DNA of 64,000 nucleotides from a virus (taxonomy: Duplodnaviria > Heunggongvirae > Uroviricota > Caudoviricetes). The stretch lies in the IMG/VR virus record IMGVR_UViG_3300026484_000284, positions 1 to 64,000 of that record, one strand, 5' to 3'. Below, one piece after another: positions 17,587-26,952 of the stretch (positions are counted from its first letter, which is position 1; every line of letters begins with the position of its first letter). A program made the position numbers and the translations under genes. Under the pieces are notes generated by a model, which saw nothing but the letters and a program-made list of their open reading frames with translations, was not told the origin of the DNA and did no database searches.

Positions 17587-17976
17587 TTATTTCATTTCAA
17601 AATCTTCGTCATTTTCTGCACTCGGTATCTTTTCGATTTCTAAAAATAAATCATCAATATAAATTTTTCTCTTTATTTTCTTTTTCTTTTTAAAAAGAAC
17701 TTCTTCGTCTAAAAATGATATATATTTCATTTTCAAATCTTCATTTTTAATCGTTCCCATTTGCCAGGTAGTAACACCACTTTGGACTGCTATTATATGA
17801 ATGCCTTCAAGTAAAAGATTTATAAATTTTTTATAAGATAAATTTTTAAATTCTTTCTTTTTCATTTTTCTGAGTTTCACTTTAAAGTATTCGGAACCCA
17901 AAAACTCCTCTTTATCAGAATAAATATCAATTTGTAATATCATTTGTTTCTCCTTCATAAAATTCAATAATTCCAT
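17587..17976 (-). CDS. hypothetical protein (129 aa)
   Basis: Tiling minus-strand ORF. Confidence 0.3.
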   Translation of the reverse strand: MELLNFMKEKQMILQIDIYSDKEEFLGSEYFKVKLRKMKKKEFKNLSYKKFINLLLEGIHIIAVQSGVTTWQMGTIKNEDLKMKYISFLDEEVLFKKKKKIKRKIYIDDLFLEIEKIPSAENDEDFEMK

Positions 17977-18283
17977 CTATACAAGGGTATTTTTGTTTTA
18001 ATTCTCTTACCCCATCGTTATATCCGTCGCGATATCCTTCCTTATAAGTATCATCATTTTCTTCATCACAATCTCCGAATGTTTCTTTAACTGCTTCTCC
18101 AGCAGCATTTTCCAAATCCTCATCAGTATAAACACACTCAAATTCCGAAATTGTTTCTAGAATTTCTTGTTTAATACTAAAATCATCCGAAGTATATAAA
18201 TCTATTAAAATATCTTTCAAATCATAAATGTTAAGAGTTATACCATTCATAAATTCATAATTTCCTAAACCTAAATAAACCAT
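17927..18283 (-). CDS. hypothetical acidic protein (118 aa)
   Basis: Tiling minus-strand ORF. Asp/Glu-rich. Confidence 0.3.
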   Translation of the reverse strand: MVYLGLGNYEFMNGITLNIYDLKDILIDLYTSDDFSIKQEILETISEFECVYTDEDLENAAGEAVKETFGDCDEENDDTYKEGYRDGYNDGVRELKQKYPCIDGIIEFYEGETNDITN

Positions 18284-18325
18284 CTTTTCTCCTTTCCTAA
18301 ACGAGAAGATAAACTCTGTTTATCT

Positions 18326-19216
18326 TCATTTTTTTGTAGGAACTTGAAGCAATGTTTTGCCATTCATCATTTCCATAGGCATATAAATAACATTTTGATT
18401 ACCTTTTATTGCTTCAACCATTGATTGCTGAACTTCAAGTTGTCTAAGTTTCAATAATTGTGGTGTTACACTATCTCCTAACATTTTGTTATAATCCGCG
18501 ATTCTTTTTGCCTCTTGCATCTTTATCGCATATTGTGCTTTCGCGACCTTCATTTTCGCCTGAATTTTCGTCAATTTGATTTCGGCATCTGCTTGTGCTC
18601 TTTTAATATCAAGTTGTCTTTGTTTAGCAAGTAAAATTGCTTTATCATAAACTTTTGGATAATTTAATCTACCTAAGTTGAAATCCAATACAACCAATGG
18701 AGTTGATTTAAAATCTTTTTTAATTTTTTGATAAATTTCAGCGGTAATTCTACTATAATTTAATCTTACATCGTCGATTTTGTAATTACTAAGAACTTCA
18801 CGAATATCTCTTATAACAATTAAATTACCATAAGTTTTATAAATTTTCGGTAATGAAATAACACCATTTTCATCTGGTGGAACCAATTCAAAAACAGTAT
18901 CTTTAAATTCTTTATCAGGATTAACTTTTACCCTAACTCTAACATAATCGGCAACCAAATTCATATTGTCTTTAAGTCTAATCGTAACTTTTTCTTGAAA
19001 TTGACCCTCACTTGTTTGTAATAAAATCAACTTATTATAACATTGAAAATCTAATGGACTACAAACTGTTACCCAACTTGATTTATATAATTCAGGTTGA
19101 AAACCTTCTTTACCTACAATTTTTCCATTATAACCAGGCGGTATTTCTTTTTTATCACAACCACTAAACGATAACATAACTAAAATAGCACTAATAAATA
19201 AAAGTAATTTTTTCAT
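18326..19216 (-). CDS. SPFH/band-7 domain lipoprotein
   Basis: Signal peptide with lipobox LSFSGC. C-terminal coiled coil KRAQADAEIKLTKIQAKMKVAKAQYAIKMQEAKR typical of HflC/prohibitin. Confidence 0.55.
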   Translation of the reverse strand: MKKLLLFISAILVMLSFSGCDKKEIPPGYNGKIVGKEGFQPELYKSSWVTVCSPLDFQCYNKLILLQTSEGQFQEKVTIRLKDNMNLVADYVRVRVKVNPDKEFKDTVFELVPPDENGVISLPKIYKTYGNLIVIRDIREVLSNYKIDDVRLNYSRITAEIYQKIKKDFKSTPLVVLDFNLGRLNYPKVYDKAILLAKQRQLDIKRAQADAEIKLTKIQAKMKVAKAQYAIKMQEAKRIADYNKMLGDSVTPQLLKLRQLEVQQSMVEAIKGNQNVIYMPMEMMNGKTLLQVPTKK

Positions 19217-19482
19217 TTTTTCTCCTTGATTTTATAATTTTCTTGAAAATAATATCTATTTATGAACCATAAATCAGGTGTTTTGTCTTTTGATTTTAAA
19301 TTATCAATTTCACCTGAAATATATCCAATGATTTCATCATCTCCACACTCAACTGCTATCCACTCGGCATCTGATTCAGATACTGATATTGGGCTGTACT
19401 CTAATAACTCTTTTAATTCTGCCTTTGTGACTTCAATCACTTCAACCTCAACAGGTTTTTTAATACATTTGTATTTTTTCAT
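19213..19482 (-). CDS. hypothetical protein (89 aa)
   Basis: Tiling ORF. Stop/start overlap with its neighbours. Confidence 0.3.
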   Translation of the reverse strand: MKKYKCIKKPVEVEVIEVTKAELKELLEYSPISVSESDAEWIAVECGDDEIIGYISGEIDNLKSKDKTPDLWFINRYYFQENYKIKEKK

Positions 19483-19712
19483 TTTTCTCCTTTACATAGT
19501 TTTATAACTTCACACTTAATTTTTACTTCTTTTTCAACTTGGTATTTTTCGATATTTGGATAGTTTAAAATAAACACTATTGCCATCAAAATTAAAATGA
19601 TAACTTCTTTTGTCTTATTTTCATTTTCAAATATTTTAAACAAAACAATACTTGAAACTAATACCATCCCAACCAACAATAAAACACCAAAGGCATATAA
19701 CATTGCTATCAT
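19479..19712 (-). CDS. small membrane protein (77 aa)
   Basis: Two hydrophobic segments. 4-nt overlaps with both neighbours. Confidence 0.3.
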   Translation of the reverse strand: MIAMLYAFGVLLLVGMVLVSSIVLFKIFENENKTKEVIILILMAIVFILNYPNIEKYQVEKEVKIKCEVIKLCKGEK

Positions 19713-19990
19713 AAAGACTCCTTAATAATCTTTTCAAGGTCAATTTCTTCGATGAAATTTTCCAATCTTTCTGTTAAATGATGCTTCAAAATCTTTTCAA
19801 CCATAAAATTTTGATGCTGGGACGAATAACCATTAAAGTTATCATTATATAAATTCATCAATGTTTTTATATCCTTACCTTTTAATTTCATATCTAATTT
19901 TTTATAAATTGAAACACTTACAATATAATCTGCTTCTTCACTAAATTCCATATTTTTTAAATCGTTATTTACCACAAATACTTCTACCAT
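19709..19990 (-). CDS. hypothetical protein (93 aa)
   Basis: Tiling ORF. Confidence 0.3.
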   Translation of the reverse strand: MVEVFVVNNDLKNMEFSEEADYIVSVSIYKKLDMKLKGKDIKTLMNLYNDNFNGYSSQHQNFMVEKILKHHLTERLENFIEEIDLEKIIKESL

Positions 19991-20000
19991 TTTTTACTCC

Positions 20001-20243
20001 TTATTTAGCATATTCATCTAATTCAATTTCTGATTCCACATCATAAATATACATTAAAACTAAATCGTATATATCAAAAACTTCTGTCGTCATAAACATA
20101 GACATTTGTCTTCTTATATATCTTTTCGCTTCTTTTAAATCATCTAAAAGTATTTCTAATTTTCTTCTTTTGTAATTCATAAAATTTACATTTATGTTAC
20201 TTATAAACTCTTTCACTTCGTTAAATGAATTAAATTCTCTCAT
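20001..20243 (-). CDS. hypothetical protein (80 aa)
   Basis: First ORF after the promoter at 20268..20305. CACATG start context. Confidence 0.35.
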   Translation of the reverse strand: MREFNSFNEVKEFISNINVNFMNYKRRKLEILLDDLKEAKRYIRRQMSMFMTTEVFDIYDLVLMYIYDVESEIELDEYAK

Positions 20244-20267
20244 GTGAATCCCTTTTTGTTATGTTTT

Positions 20268-20305
20268 ATATTATAATTATAACAAAAAAGAAACAAAAAG
20301 TCAAG
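20268..20305 (-). promoter_or_regulatory. consensus sigma70-type promoter
   Basis: Plus strand reads TATTATAATTATAACAAAAAAGAAACAAAAAGTCAAGT. Confidence 0.5.
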
Positions 20306-20325
20306 TAAATTTATAAAAAATTTAC

Positions 20326-20661
20326 TTATTTTGTAACTTCATTATGAATTTTATCTTGAACTTTACTAAATTCTTTGTCAAATCTTTTGAGTGTTTTAGA
20401 ATGATTAAACTCAGCAACTTGTTTTTTCGGTATTGACATTGAACTTTCCATTCTTTCTTTTACCACTGCCTGTTCTTGTTTAACTCTTTTTTCAGAATGA
20501 ATAAAATCAAATTTAATAAACATTAAAATAATAGCATTTACTGCTAAAACCCCATATAACACCTTTTTAAAATCCCTTTTAATGTTACTTTTATAAATAA
20601 AAGCAGCAATTAAAATAATTGAAATTTCAATAAAGATTTTTATAAGAATAAAATATTCCAT
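20326..20661 (-). CDS. membrane protein (111 aa)
   Basis: N-terminal TM helices. Confidence 0.3.
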   Translation of the reverse strand: MEYFILIKIFIEISIILIAAFIYKSNIKRDFKKVLYGVLAVNAIILMFIKFDFIHSEKRVKQEQAVVKERMESSMSIPKKQVAEFNHSKTLKRFDKEFSKVQDKIHNEVTK

Positions 20662-21281
20662 TATTTCATACCTTCAGCAATTTTTGTAATACTAAATTTT
20701 TCACCTCTCGATAATTTATCGAATGTGATAACATTCTCGCCCATTTTTTTGAAAACAAATCCTCTTCCTCTAATTTTACTAAAAAATTCTTCTGTATCTT
20801 TGGTTGCTTTTCCAAATGTAGGTTTACCTAATACTTCTTCAACTCCGACTTTTCCACTTCCTGGATAACCATTTGGGCATTCATTTGATGAAATTAAATA
20901 ATACTCCCCACCAGGTTCCGAAAATGTTATACTATCTTGCTCATATTTTGAACCTATTTCAATTAAGTCTTTTTTAAGGTCACCTTTATCTTTTAAATCT
21001 ACAACGAAATATGATTCTTCATCTACTTCTCTCGCATCTTTTGTTCCATAATTTTCAATATATGTTCCTTTAACAGGAGTTAATCCATATCCCTTTTTCA
21101 ATAACCAAGCATATAATTCTGCATTTCTTTTTTGATTATCTTTTTTTGATAATACCTTTCCTTCATTACAATCTAAAGCATATCTAAATGCTGAAATTGT
21201 TCCTGTTTGGTGTTTAGTATAATGTTCCCAAATTCTACTTAATGAACTCTCATTCACTTGATTCAAAATTTCTTTTAGCAT
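20661..21281 (-). CDS. hypothetical protein (206 aa)
   Basis: Tiling ORF. No motif recognised. Confidence 0.35.
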   Translation of the reverse strand: MLKEILNQVNESSLSRIWEHYTKHQTGTISAFRYALDCNEGKVLSKKDNQKRNAELYAWLLKKGYGLTPVKGTYIENYGTKDAREVDEESYFVVDLKDKGDLKKDLIEIGSKYEQDSITFSEPGGEYYLISSNECPNGYPGSGKVGVEEVLGKPTFGKATKDTEEFFSKIRGRGFVFKKMGENVITFDKLSRGEKFSITKIAEGMK

Positions 21282-21319
21282 TCTCTTTCCTTTTAATTTA
21301 TTTAACTCGATTATTGAAC

Positions 21320-22387
21320 TTAAAAATCGAAAATTGATTTCATTTTGTTATTAGTTTCAACTTCATTACAATTATTAAGATTAAAATCTTTACATTTTGT
21401 TATATTATATTGTTCTAAAAACATTGTTTCTTTTCTTTCTGGTATGTCTTCATTAAATTTTTCAATAACTTTTTCTTTCAAATGATTTGGTATTTTTCTC
21501 ATATCAACCAAGGTTCTGTTTTTTCTTAAATTGTCATAAAACTTCTTTTTGTCTTTTATCTTTTTATTGATAAATTCTGTAGGACTTTGTAAAAGTTTTA
21601 GTGCTGTTTTTTCTCCGAACCTTGCTTTTTTAAAAATTTCAATTTCTAACTCTTCTGCTTTTTTATACAACTCAAAAGCGAAATTTAATTTTTCGAATTC
21701 TGATACCTTGGTAACTTTTATACCTTCATCCGATAAAAAGGTTAAAAATTCCTTCGTGAATTCAACTTTATCTAAAACACTTGGAATGCTATCTGCTTTA
21801 TCCCCAACTAAAATATGTAATGCCCTAAATTCTCTCAAATAATCTTGAAAATCATCATCACTTTTATTATAAATCATTTCTTTTGCGATGGGTCTATACA
21901 TATCTACATTATAGTTACCTATTAAACATTGTTTCCAATCCTTATCTTCTGTTACTAATAAACTTTTTTTATTTGAATAATGCGATAATATAAATCCAGA
22001 ATCATCTGCTTCAATGTTTTCAACTTCAATAATTTTATAATTTATCTCGTGCCTTAAATAATCTTTAAGTTCTTCAATTTTAGCATAAAATGTATCATAA
22101 TTTATGTCCGATTCTTTTCTTGTTTGACTTCTACCATCTTTATAAGTTCCGTCGTGTTTGAGATATTCTTTTCTCCAATTACCCTTTCCGTCCATAAGTA
22201 AAACAATTTCTCCATATTCATTTTTAAAATCATCTTCTATTTTACGAAGTGAATTTAACATTTGAAAAAAGAAAACATCGATAAAATCATCAGTATTATA
22301 CTTGCCATTTTGTTTTTTGGGTTTTGTATTATATATAGTAGTAAATAAATTTCTATAAAATAAATGTGAAAAATCAATAAATATCAT
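21320..22387 (-). CDS. RNase H / 5'-3' flap exonuclease (T4 rnh-like)
   Basis: N-terminus MIFIDFSHLFYRNLF resembles T4 RNase H (ICLIDFSQIALS). Acidic clusters consistent with a FEN fold. Confidence 0.6.
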   Translation of the reverse strand: MIFIDFSHLFYRNLFTTIYNTKPKKQNGKYNTDDFIDVFFFQMLNSLRKIEDDFKNEYGEIVLLMDGKGNWRKEYLKHDGTYKDGRSQTRKESDINYDTFYAKIEELKDYLRHEINYKIIEVENIEADDSGFILSHYSNKKSLLVTEDKDWKQCLIGNYNVDMYRPIAKEMIYNKSDDDFQDYLREFRALHILVGDKADSIPSVLDKVEFTKEFLTFLSDEGIKVTKVSEFEKLNFAFELYKKAEELEIEIFKKARFGEKTALKLLQSPTEFINKKIKDKKKFYDNLRKNRTLVDMRKIPNHLKEKVIEKFNEDIPERKETMFLEQYNITKCKDFNLNNCNEVETNNKMKSIFDF

Positions 22388-22394
22388 TTTTATT

Positions 22395-22438
22395 CCTTTA
22401 ATCTTATGCCAAGTGGCAAAGGCGAAAATCGCCCGTAG
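22395..22438 (-). terminator. tandem short GC hairpins after the gp32 gene
   Basis: GCCAAGTGGC and GGCGAAAATCGCC, locally GC-rich in an AT-rich genome. Confidence 0.35.
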
Positions 22439-22440
22439 TT

Positions 22441-23463
22441 TTATAAATCATCTAAAAAATCTAAATCATCATCCGCTGATTCTACTGTATTTTGAACCAC
22501 CTGTTCTTGTGGTGTCTCAACTTTTGCTGTGGGTTTAGTTTCAGGTTTAGTTTCAACTTTTGGCGCTGAATTTGAACTTGAACTTGTTTTTTCACTTGAA
22601 TCACCAGCATATAAGAAACTTCCTATTCTTCTTAAAATTTCTTCTGCTTGACTTCCTTCAAATGTTTTTCTAAGTTTTTCGCATTGTTCTTCGTAAGTTA
22701 AAAAGTGTCCAGGTTCAATAAATTCTGTTAATTCGATTGTATTTTCTTTTAACCATTGTTTTAACTCATCTCCGTTAGCAAAATCTTTTAAAGGTTTTCT
22801 TGCTAAAATTTCAGATGAATCATAGTTATAAAAACCACCACTTTTAACCATTTTTAACTTGATATCTGCACCTTTAATTGGATCCCATACATTGATAGGT
22901 TCTGCACCTAATGCTAAATCTTCTGCTGATGGGTTACCTGCTTCGTTGAACTTATCTAAAAGTTTTTTACCGAATTTCCATAATCTAAATTGCCCACTGT
23001 TTTCAGGTTTAACTACATCATTTACGATATAAACATTTGAAATAAATTTAGTACTTCTTCTAATGTGTTTTTTTAACTCTTCTGCTTCTTCTGTACCAAC
23101 TTTACCCAATTCTCTAAATAAATCACTAACGGCACACGGTTGCCCAATACTTGCTGGACTTTCTGCTGAATAAAATCTTTTTGAACCATAATCACCTAAG
23201 TTGATATTATGCTCATAAACTTTTATAAATGGTACAATTTTTTCTTCTCCATTTTGTTTTATGAAACTTGGAAGTAATCTAACAACTGCTAATCCCACAT
23301 CTTTGTCATTTCTACTAACTTTCCAAAATCTACTATCTTCTCCATAGTTATTGTTAAGTGGGCCTTGGATACTCTCGATATTGCTCATCATTGTTTCAAA
23401 GTTTAAATCAAACATTTCTTTCCTTTTTTCTTCTAAATCTTCTACTTTTGCTATTTGTGGCAA
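22441..23463 (-). CDS. single-stranded DNA-binding protein (T4 gp32-like)
   Basis: AVVRLLPS (compare gp32 AVIRFLPS). Acidic C-terminal tail DDDLDFLDDL. Confidence 0.6.
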   Translation of the reverse strand: MPQIAKVEDLEEKRKEMFDLNFETMMSNIESIQGPLNNNYGEDSRFWKVSRNDKDVGLAVVRLLPSFIKQNGEEKIVPFIKVYEHNINLGDYGSKRFYSAESPASIGQPCAVSDLFRELGKVGTEEAEELKKHIRRSTKFISNVYIVNDVVKPENSGQFRLWKFGKKLLDKFNEAGNPSAEDLALGAEPINVWDPIKGADIKLKMVKSGGFYNYDSSEILARKPLKDFANGDELKQWLKENTIELTEFIEPGHFLTYEEQCEKLRKTFEGSQAEEILRRIGSFLYAGDSSEKTSSSSNSAPKVETKPETKPTAKVETPQEQVVQNTVESADDDLDFLDDL

Positions 23464-23573
23464 TATGCCTATTTTCGCTATTTTTGAAATTTAGAAATTG
23501 TTTTAAATTTTTTATTGATGACGATTTGTCATCTCATGTGAAAAAATTATTTGATATATTTAATTTCTTCATT

Positions 23574-23612
23574 TATAATTATAATCAAAAAAGTTAAAAA
23601 ATTAACTTTTTG
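23574..23612 (-). promoter_or_regulatory. variant promoter (TTAACT-type -35) upstream of gp32 gene
   Basis: Plus strand reads TTATAATTATAATCAAAAAAGTTAAAAAATTAAC. Overlaps an AAAAAGTTAA/TTAACTTTTT palindrome. Confidence 0.4.
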
Positions 23613-23620
23613 ATTTTAAA

Positions 23621-24283
23621 TTATAATTTTTCTGAAATTACAACTTTTACTCCTGATACCTTATCACTTTCCCAAAATGAAACTGTATGTTCTCCATTTG
23701 TAAAAACTCTGATGTGATAAGTCATTAAAGGCAATTTAGCAATATCATTAACATTTAATTTAATTTTCCCATTAAAATTCCCTTCAATTTCCGTAACATT
23801 TTCATCTTCTAAATCATCTCCAACTGCTCTTCCTGTGATAATTTTATTATCTTTTAGTACTAATGTATCTAAACTTAATAATTTAGCAATTTTTAAAGTG
23901 TCTGCAAGTGTTTTTTCATCTAATTCTAATTCAATAGTTTTGTCGAATGATTCTTCAATAGTTTTTAAAACTGCTGTTTTTGCTTCAAGGAATAAATCTG
24001 CTGGAGATTTTCTAAATTTTTGTGTCGTTTTGTCATTTTTGATAACGATATCTGTTTCTCCAATATCAACTTCACTATTTGGAATTGCATCAATAAGTGC
24101 TAATAATGTATCTGTTTTGGCAATACCATATTCTTTGAACTCATCTTCGCCTAATGCTTCCATATCGATAAATGCGATAACACTTTTTTCGATATTCATA
24201 ATCGTTGTGATTGGGTAAGTGAATTTTACCTGTGGGTTAATTAAAAATGCCTTTAAAATTTCCCTTGTCTTTTTGTTTTTCAT
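23621..24283 (-). CDS. candidate sliding clamp (T4 gp45-like), tentative
   Basis: 220 aa (gp45 is 228 aa). N-terminus KTREILKAF resembles gp45 TTALLKNF. No strong motif. Confidence 0.4.
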   Translation of the reverse strand: MKNKKTREILKAFLINPQVKFTYPITTIMNIEKSVIAFIDMEALGEDEFKEYGIAKTDTLLALIDAIPNSEVDIGETDIVIKNDKTTQKFRKSPADLFLEAKTAVLKTIEESFDKTIELELDEKTLADTLKIAKLLSLDTLVLKDNKIITGRAVGDDLEDENVTEIEGNFNGKIKLNVNDIAKLPLMTYHIRVFTNGEHTVSFWESDKVSGVKVVISEKL

Positions 24284-24419
24284 AATTTGCTTCCTTTTAT
24301 GTTATTTTTTATATTGAAATTATACTATTTTTCTAATTGAAAATTAACCTAACGCTTTTATTTTTTCTTTGATTGTCTTATACAATTTAATCTTTTTAAG
24401 ATAACACATTTTTCCTCCT

Positions 24420-25025
24420 TTAAATTTCATTCCACTCTAAATAATTTTCATTTATTATATTTTCTCCGTGTTTGCTTTTTGTCCATATTGAGTAACTTCC
24501 ACCAAACACAGATGCACTTTCTACATTTATCCAAAAGTTATATTTTGGGTTATCTTTGATAACATTTTGAGGTCTCATAAAATCTGAACTTATATTAACA
24601 CTTCCTGAAAATACTCTATTATAACCTAATTTTTCAAGTAGTTCATCTGGTAAATATATCTCATCATTTGCATTTTGTTTTATATATTTTTTAAGTAATT
24701 TTTCATCTTCAATTAAATCTAAAATTCCGAATAGAGTCGTTTCACAATCTCCACTTTGATAATCTTCAAAATATATCTCATATACATTTTTGTTTTCTGT
24801 ATAAACAACACCTCTATCATAATCGTGTAATTTTATATCGTCATAATCTAAAATATATTCAAGTCCATTTTCTTCACAATATGCATCAAGAACTTCATAA
24901 GGAACAGTATAACACTCAACACTTAAAACTTCTTTCATTTCATTTTCATAATGTTTAACAATTTCATAATCCCCCATTTCTAAACCATTTTTAATAAGTT
25001 CTAAATTTTCATGTGATAATTTCAT
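24420..25025 (-). CDS. hypothetical protein (201 aa)
   Basis: First ORF after the promoter at 25070..25112. Confidence 0.35.
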   Translation of the reverse strand: MKLSHENLELIKNGLEMGDYEIVKHYENEMKEVLSVECYTVPYEVLDAYCEENGLEYILDYDDIKLHDYDRGVVYTENKNVYEIYFEDYQSGDCETTLFGILDLIEDEKLLKKYIKQNANDEIYLPDELLEKLGYNRVFSGSVNISSDFMRPQNVIKDNPKYNFWINVESASVFGGSYSIWTKSKHGENIINENYLEWNEI

Positions 25026-25069
25026 TTTTGATTCCTTTTTGTTATATTTGAATTGTTATTTCTTTTTAC

Positions 25070-25112
25070 ATTATAATTATAACAAAAAAAATTTTAATTG
25101 TCAAGTAAAAAA
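25070..25112 (-). promoter_or_regulatory. consensus promoter (TTGACA-N17-TATAAT)
   Basis: Plus strand reads TTATAATTATAACAAAAAAAATTTTAATTGTCAAGT. Confidence 0.5.
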
Positions 25113-25135
25113 CAAAAATTTTTAAAGAAATGAAA

Positions 25136-26824
25136 TTATTTTTTAATAATTTCAAATTCTTTTTCATATTCTTTAAATTTTTCATATGCTATATTCATTT
25201 CAACTCTTTTTTCTTTTAATTGATGACCCTCATCAAAATAAATTTGTAATCTTTCTTCAAAATGTTTATAACCATAATTTTTAGACTTGCCCTTTACACA
25301 TTCATCTATAAAATCAAAAATTCTAACTTTATCTTTTCCTTCTTTTAATCTAATTGTCCTACCAAGACTTTGGACAATAGTTTCAAAAGATTTTATTGAA
25401 CTCGCAAAAATTAAGTTATGTAAATTTTTTATATTTATCCCAGTTGAAAATGTTTGATAATTAGCAACGATTATCGCATCTTCCAATTTTTCAACTTTAT
25501 GTCTAATTTCTTCTCTAATTTTTGAATCAACATCTCCATATATGAAAAATATATGATTTTCTTCAAGTGTTTCAATGTTTATTTTTACATTATACTCTTC
25601 TTCAAGTTTTTCGACGATTCTTTTTTCTTTTTCAGAATAAGTATTGACAAGAATTTTTTCAGGTAAATCATCAATCATTTCCTTAATTGCTTTTCTTGTG
25701 ATTTTTGTTAAAAACACACCATCTATAATTTGTTTGATTAAATCATATCCGTGGGCAATAGTGTCGAATAATACAAGAGTGTTCCCGTACTTTTGAGTTA
25801 AATTTTTTGCCAACTTGACAACTATTCTGTTTCTTTCAGGTAAAAGTCTAAATAACTTTTTTTCACTTTGGTAACTATATTTTCTAATTTCTCTTGCCAT
25901 AAATTCATTGTATTTTAAATAAAGCAAATTTATTTCCATAGGTGTCCCAAATCCCATATCTATAAGATCTTTCGCAGTTACTATTTTATTCACTGGACCT
26001 AATCCACCAACGATTGATAACTCAGCAACTCTTCCTTTCGGCATTGAACCTGTAAATCCAAATTTATATTCAGAATTTATGGTCGATGGAATAATCATAT
26101 CACTTATAATAGTTTCAAAATTTTTTGCTTTTTGAACTTCATCAACGATTAAACAATTAATATCCGAGAATAATTCGGGACTTTTTTGTAAAGATTGCCA
26201 GGTTGATATTGTAACTGGATAATCAAAATGTTTAGGTTGTCCAGCATATATTTTATGAACTTTATTTTCAATTTTAAAAGGAGCATTTTGAAAATAATCT
26301 TCCATATCACTATAAAATTGATGGACTAACGACACATTTGGAACAATGATGGCAGATTTTTTGCCATCTTTTGCGAGATACATTGCGATTATTGCTTGTA
26401 TTAACGATTTTCCAGAACCAGTAGCAAGTATATAAACACCTCTTTTTTCGTATATTGCTCTTAAAATTGTTTTAAGTTGATAATCTCTCAATTCATAAGG
26501 TAATTTCATCTCTTCAATAAATTGTAAAACATCTTTTTTTGGATTTACCTTTTCAGGTTCGTTTAGGATTTCAAAATGATAATAACCCTCGGCAAATTCT
26601 TTAATGTAATTCACTAAACCTCTTGGAATGACTAAAAATCTATCTTTAACTTTGAAAAAATTAACATACCCATCCCACATACCCATTCTGTATTTTGGAT
26701 TAAATTGGTAACCCTCTGGGTGTGCTTTAAACAATTTGGCGATCTCTTTCTTTATACCCTCAGGTTTAGTTGAAATGACACTAAAACTCTCGTTGAGATG
26801 TTTTACTTTTATTACTCCGTTCAT
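25136..26824 (-). CDS. SF2 helicase (UvsW-like DExQ-box)
   Basis: Walker A ILATGSGKS. Motif II LIVDEVQ. Helicase C-terminal domain motifs. Confidence 0.6.
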   Translation of the reverse strand: MNGVIKVKHLNESFSVISTKPEGIKKEIAKLFKAHPEGYQFNPKYRMGMWDGYVNFFKVKDRFLVIPRGLVNYIKEFAEGYYHFEILNEPEKVNPKKDVLQFIEEMKLPYELRDYQLKTILRAIYEKRGVYILATGSGKSLIQAIIAMYLAKDGKKSAIIVPNVSLVHQFYSDMEDYFQNAPFKIENKVHKIYAGQPKHFDYPVTISTWQSLQKSPELFSDINCLIVDEVQKAKNFETIISDMIIPSTINSEYKFGFTGSMPKGRVAELSIVGGLGPVNKIVTAKDLIDMGFGTPMEINLLYLKYNEFMAREIRKYSYQSEKKLFRLLPERNRIVVKLAKNLTQKYGNTLVLFDTIAHGYDLIKQIIDGVFLTKITRKAIKEMIDDLPEKILVNTYSEKEKRIVEKLEEEYNVKINIETLEENHIFFIYGDVDSKIREEIRHKVEKLEDAIIVANYQTFSTGINIKNLHNLIFASSIKSFETIVQSLGRTIRLKEGKDKVRIFDFIDECVKGKSKNYGYKHFEERLQIYFDEGHQLKEKRVEMNIAYEKFKEYEKEFEIIKK

Positions 26825-26952
26825 TTTCTATTCTCCTTTAATAAAAAATTTTATATATTATTTATTTTATTTATTTCAGTTCTATATTTATAATGAAAAG
26901 TAAAAAGAATAAATAAAGTTTTTTGGATTTTTCATCTCCATTTTTTAAATAC

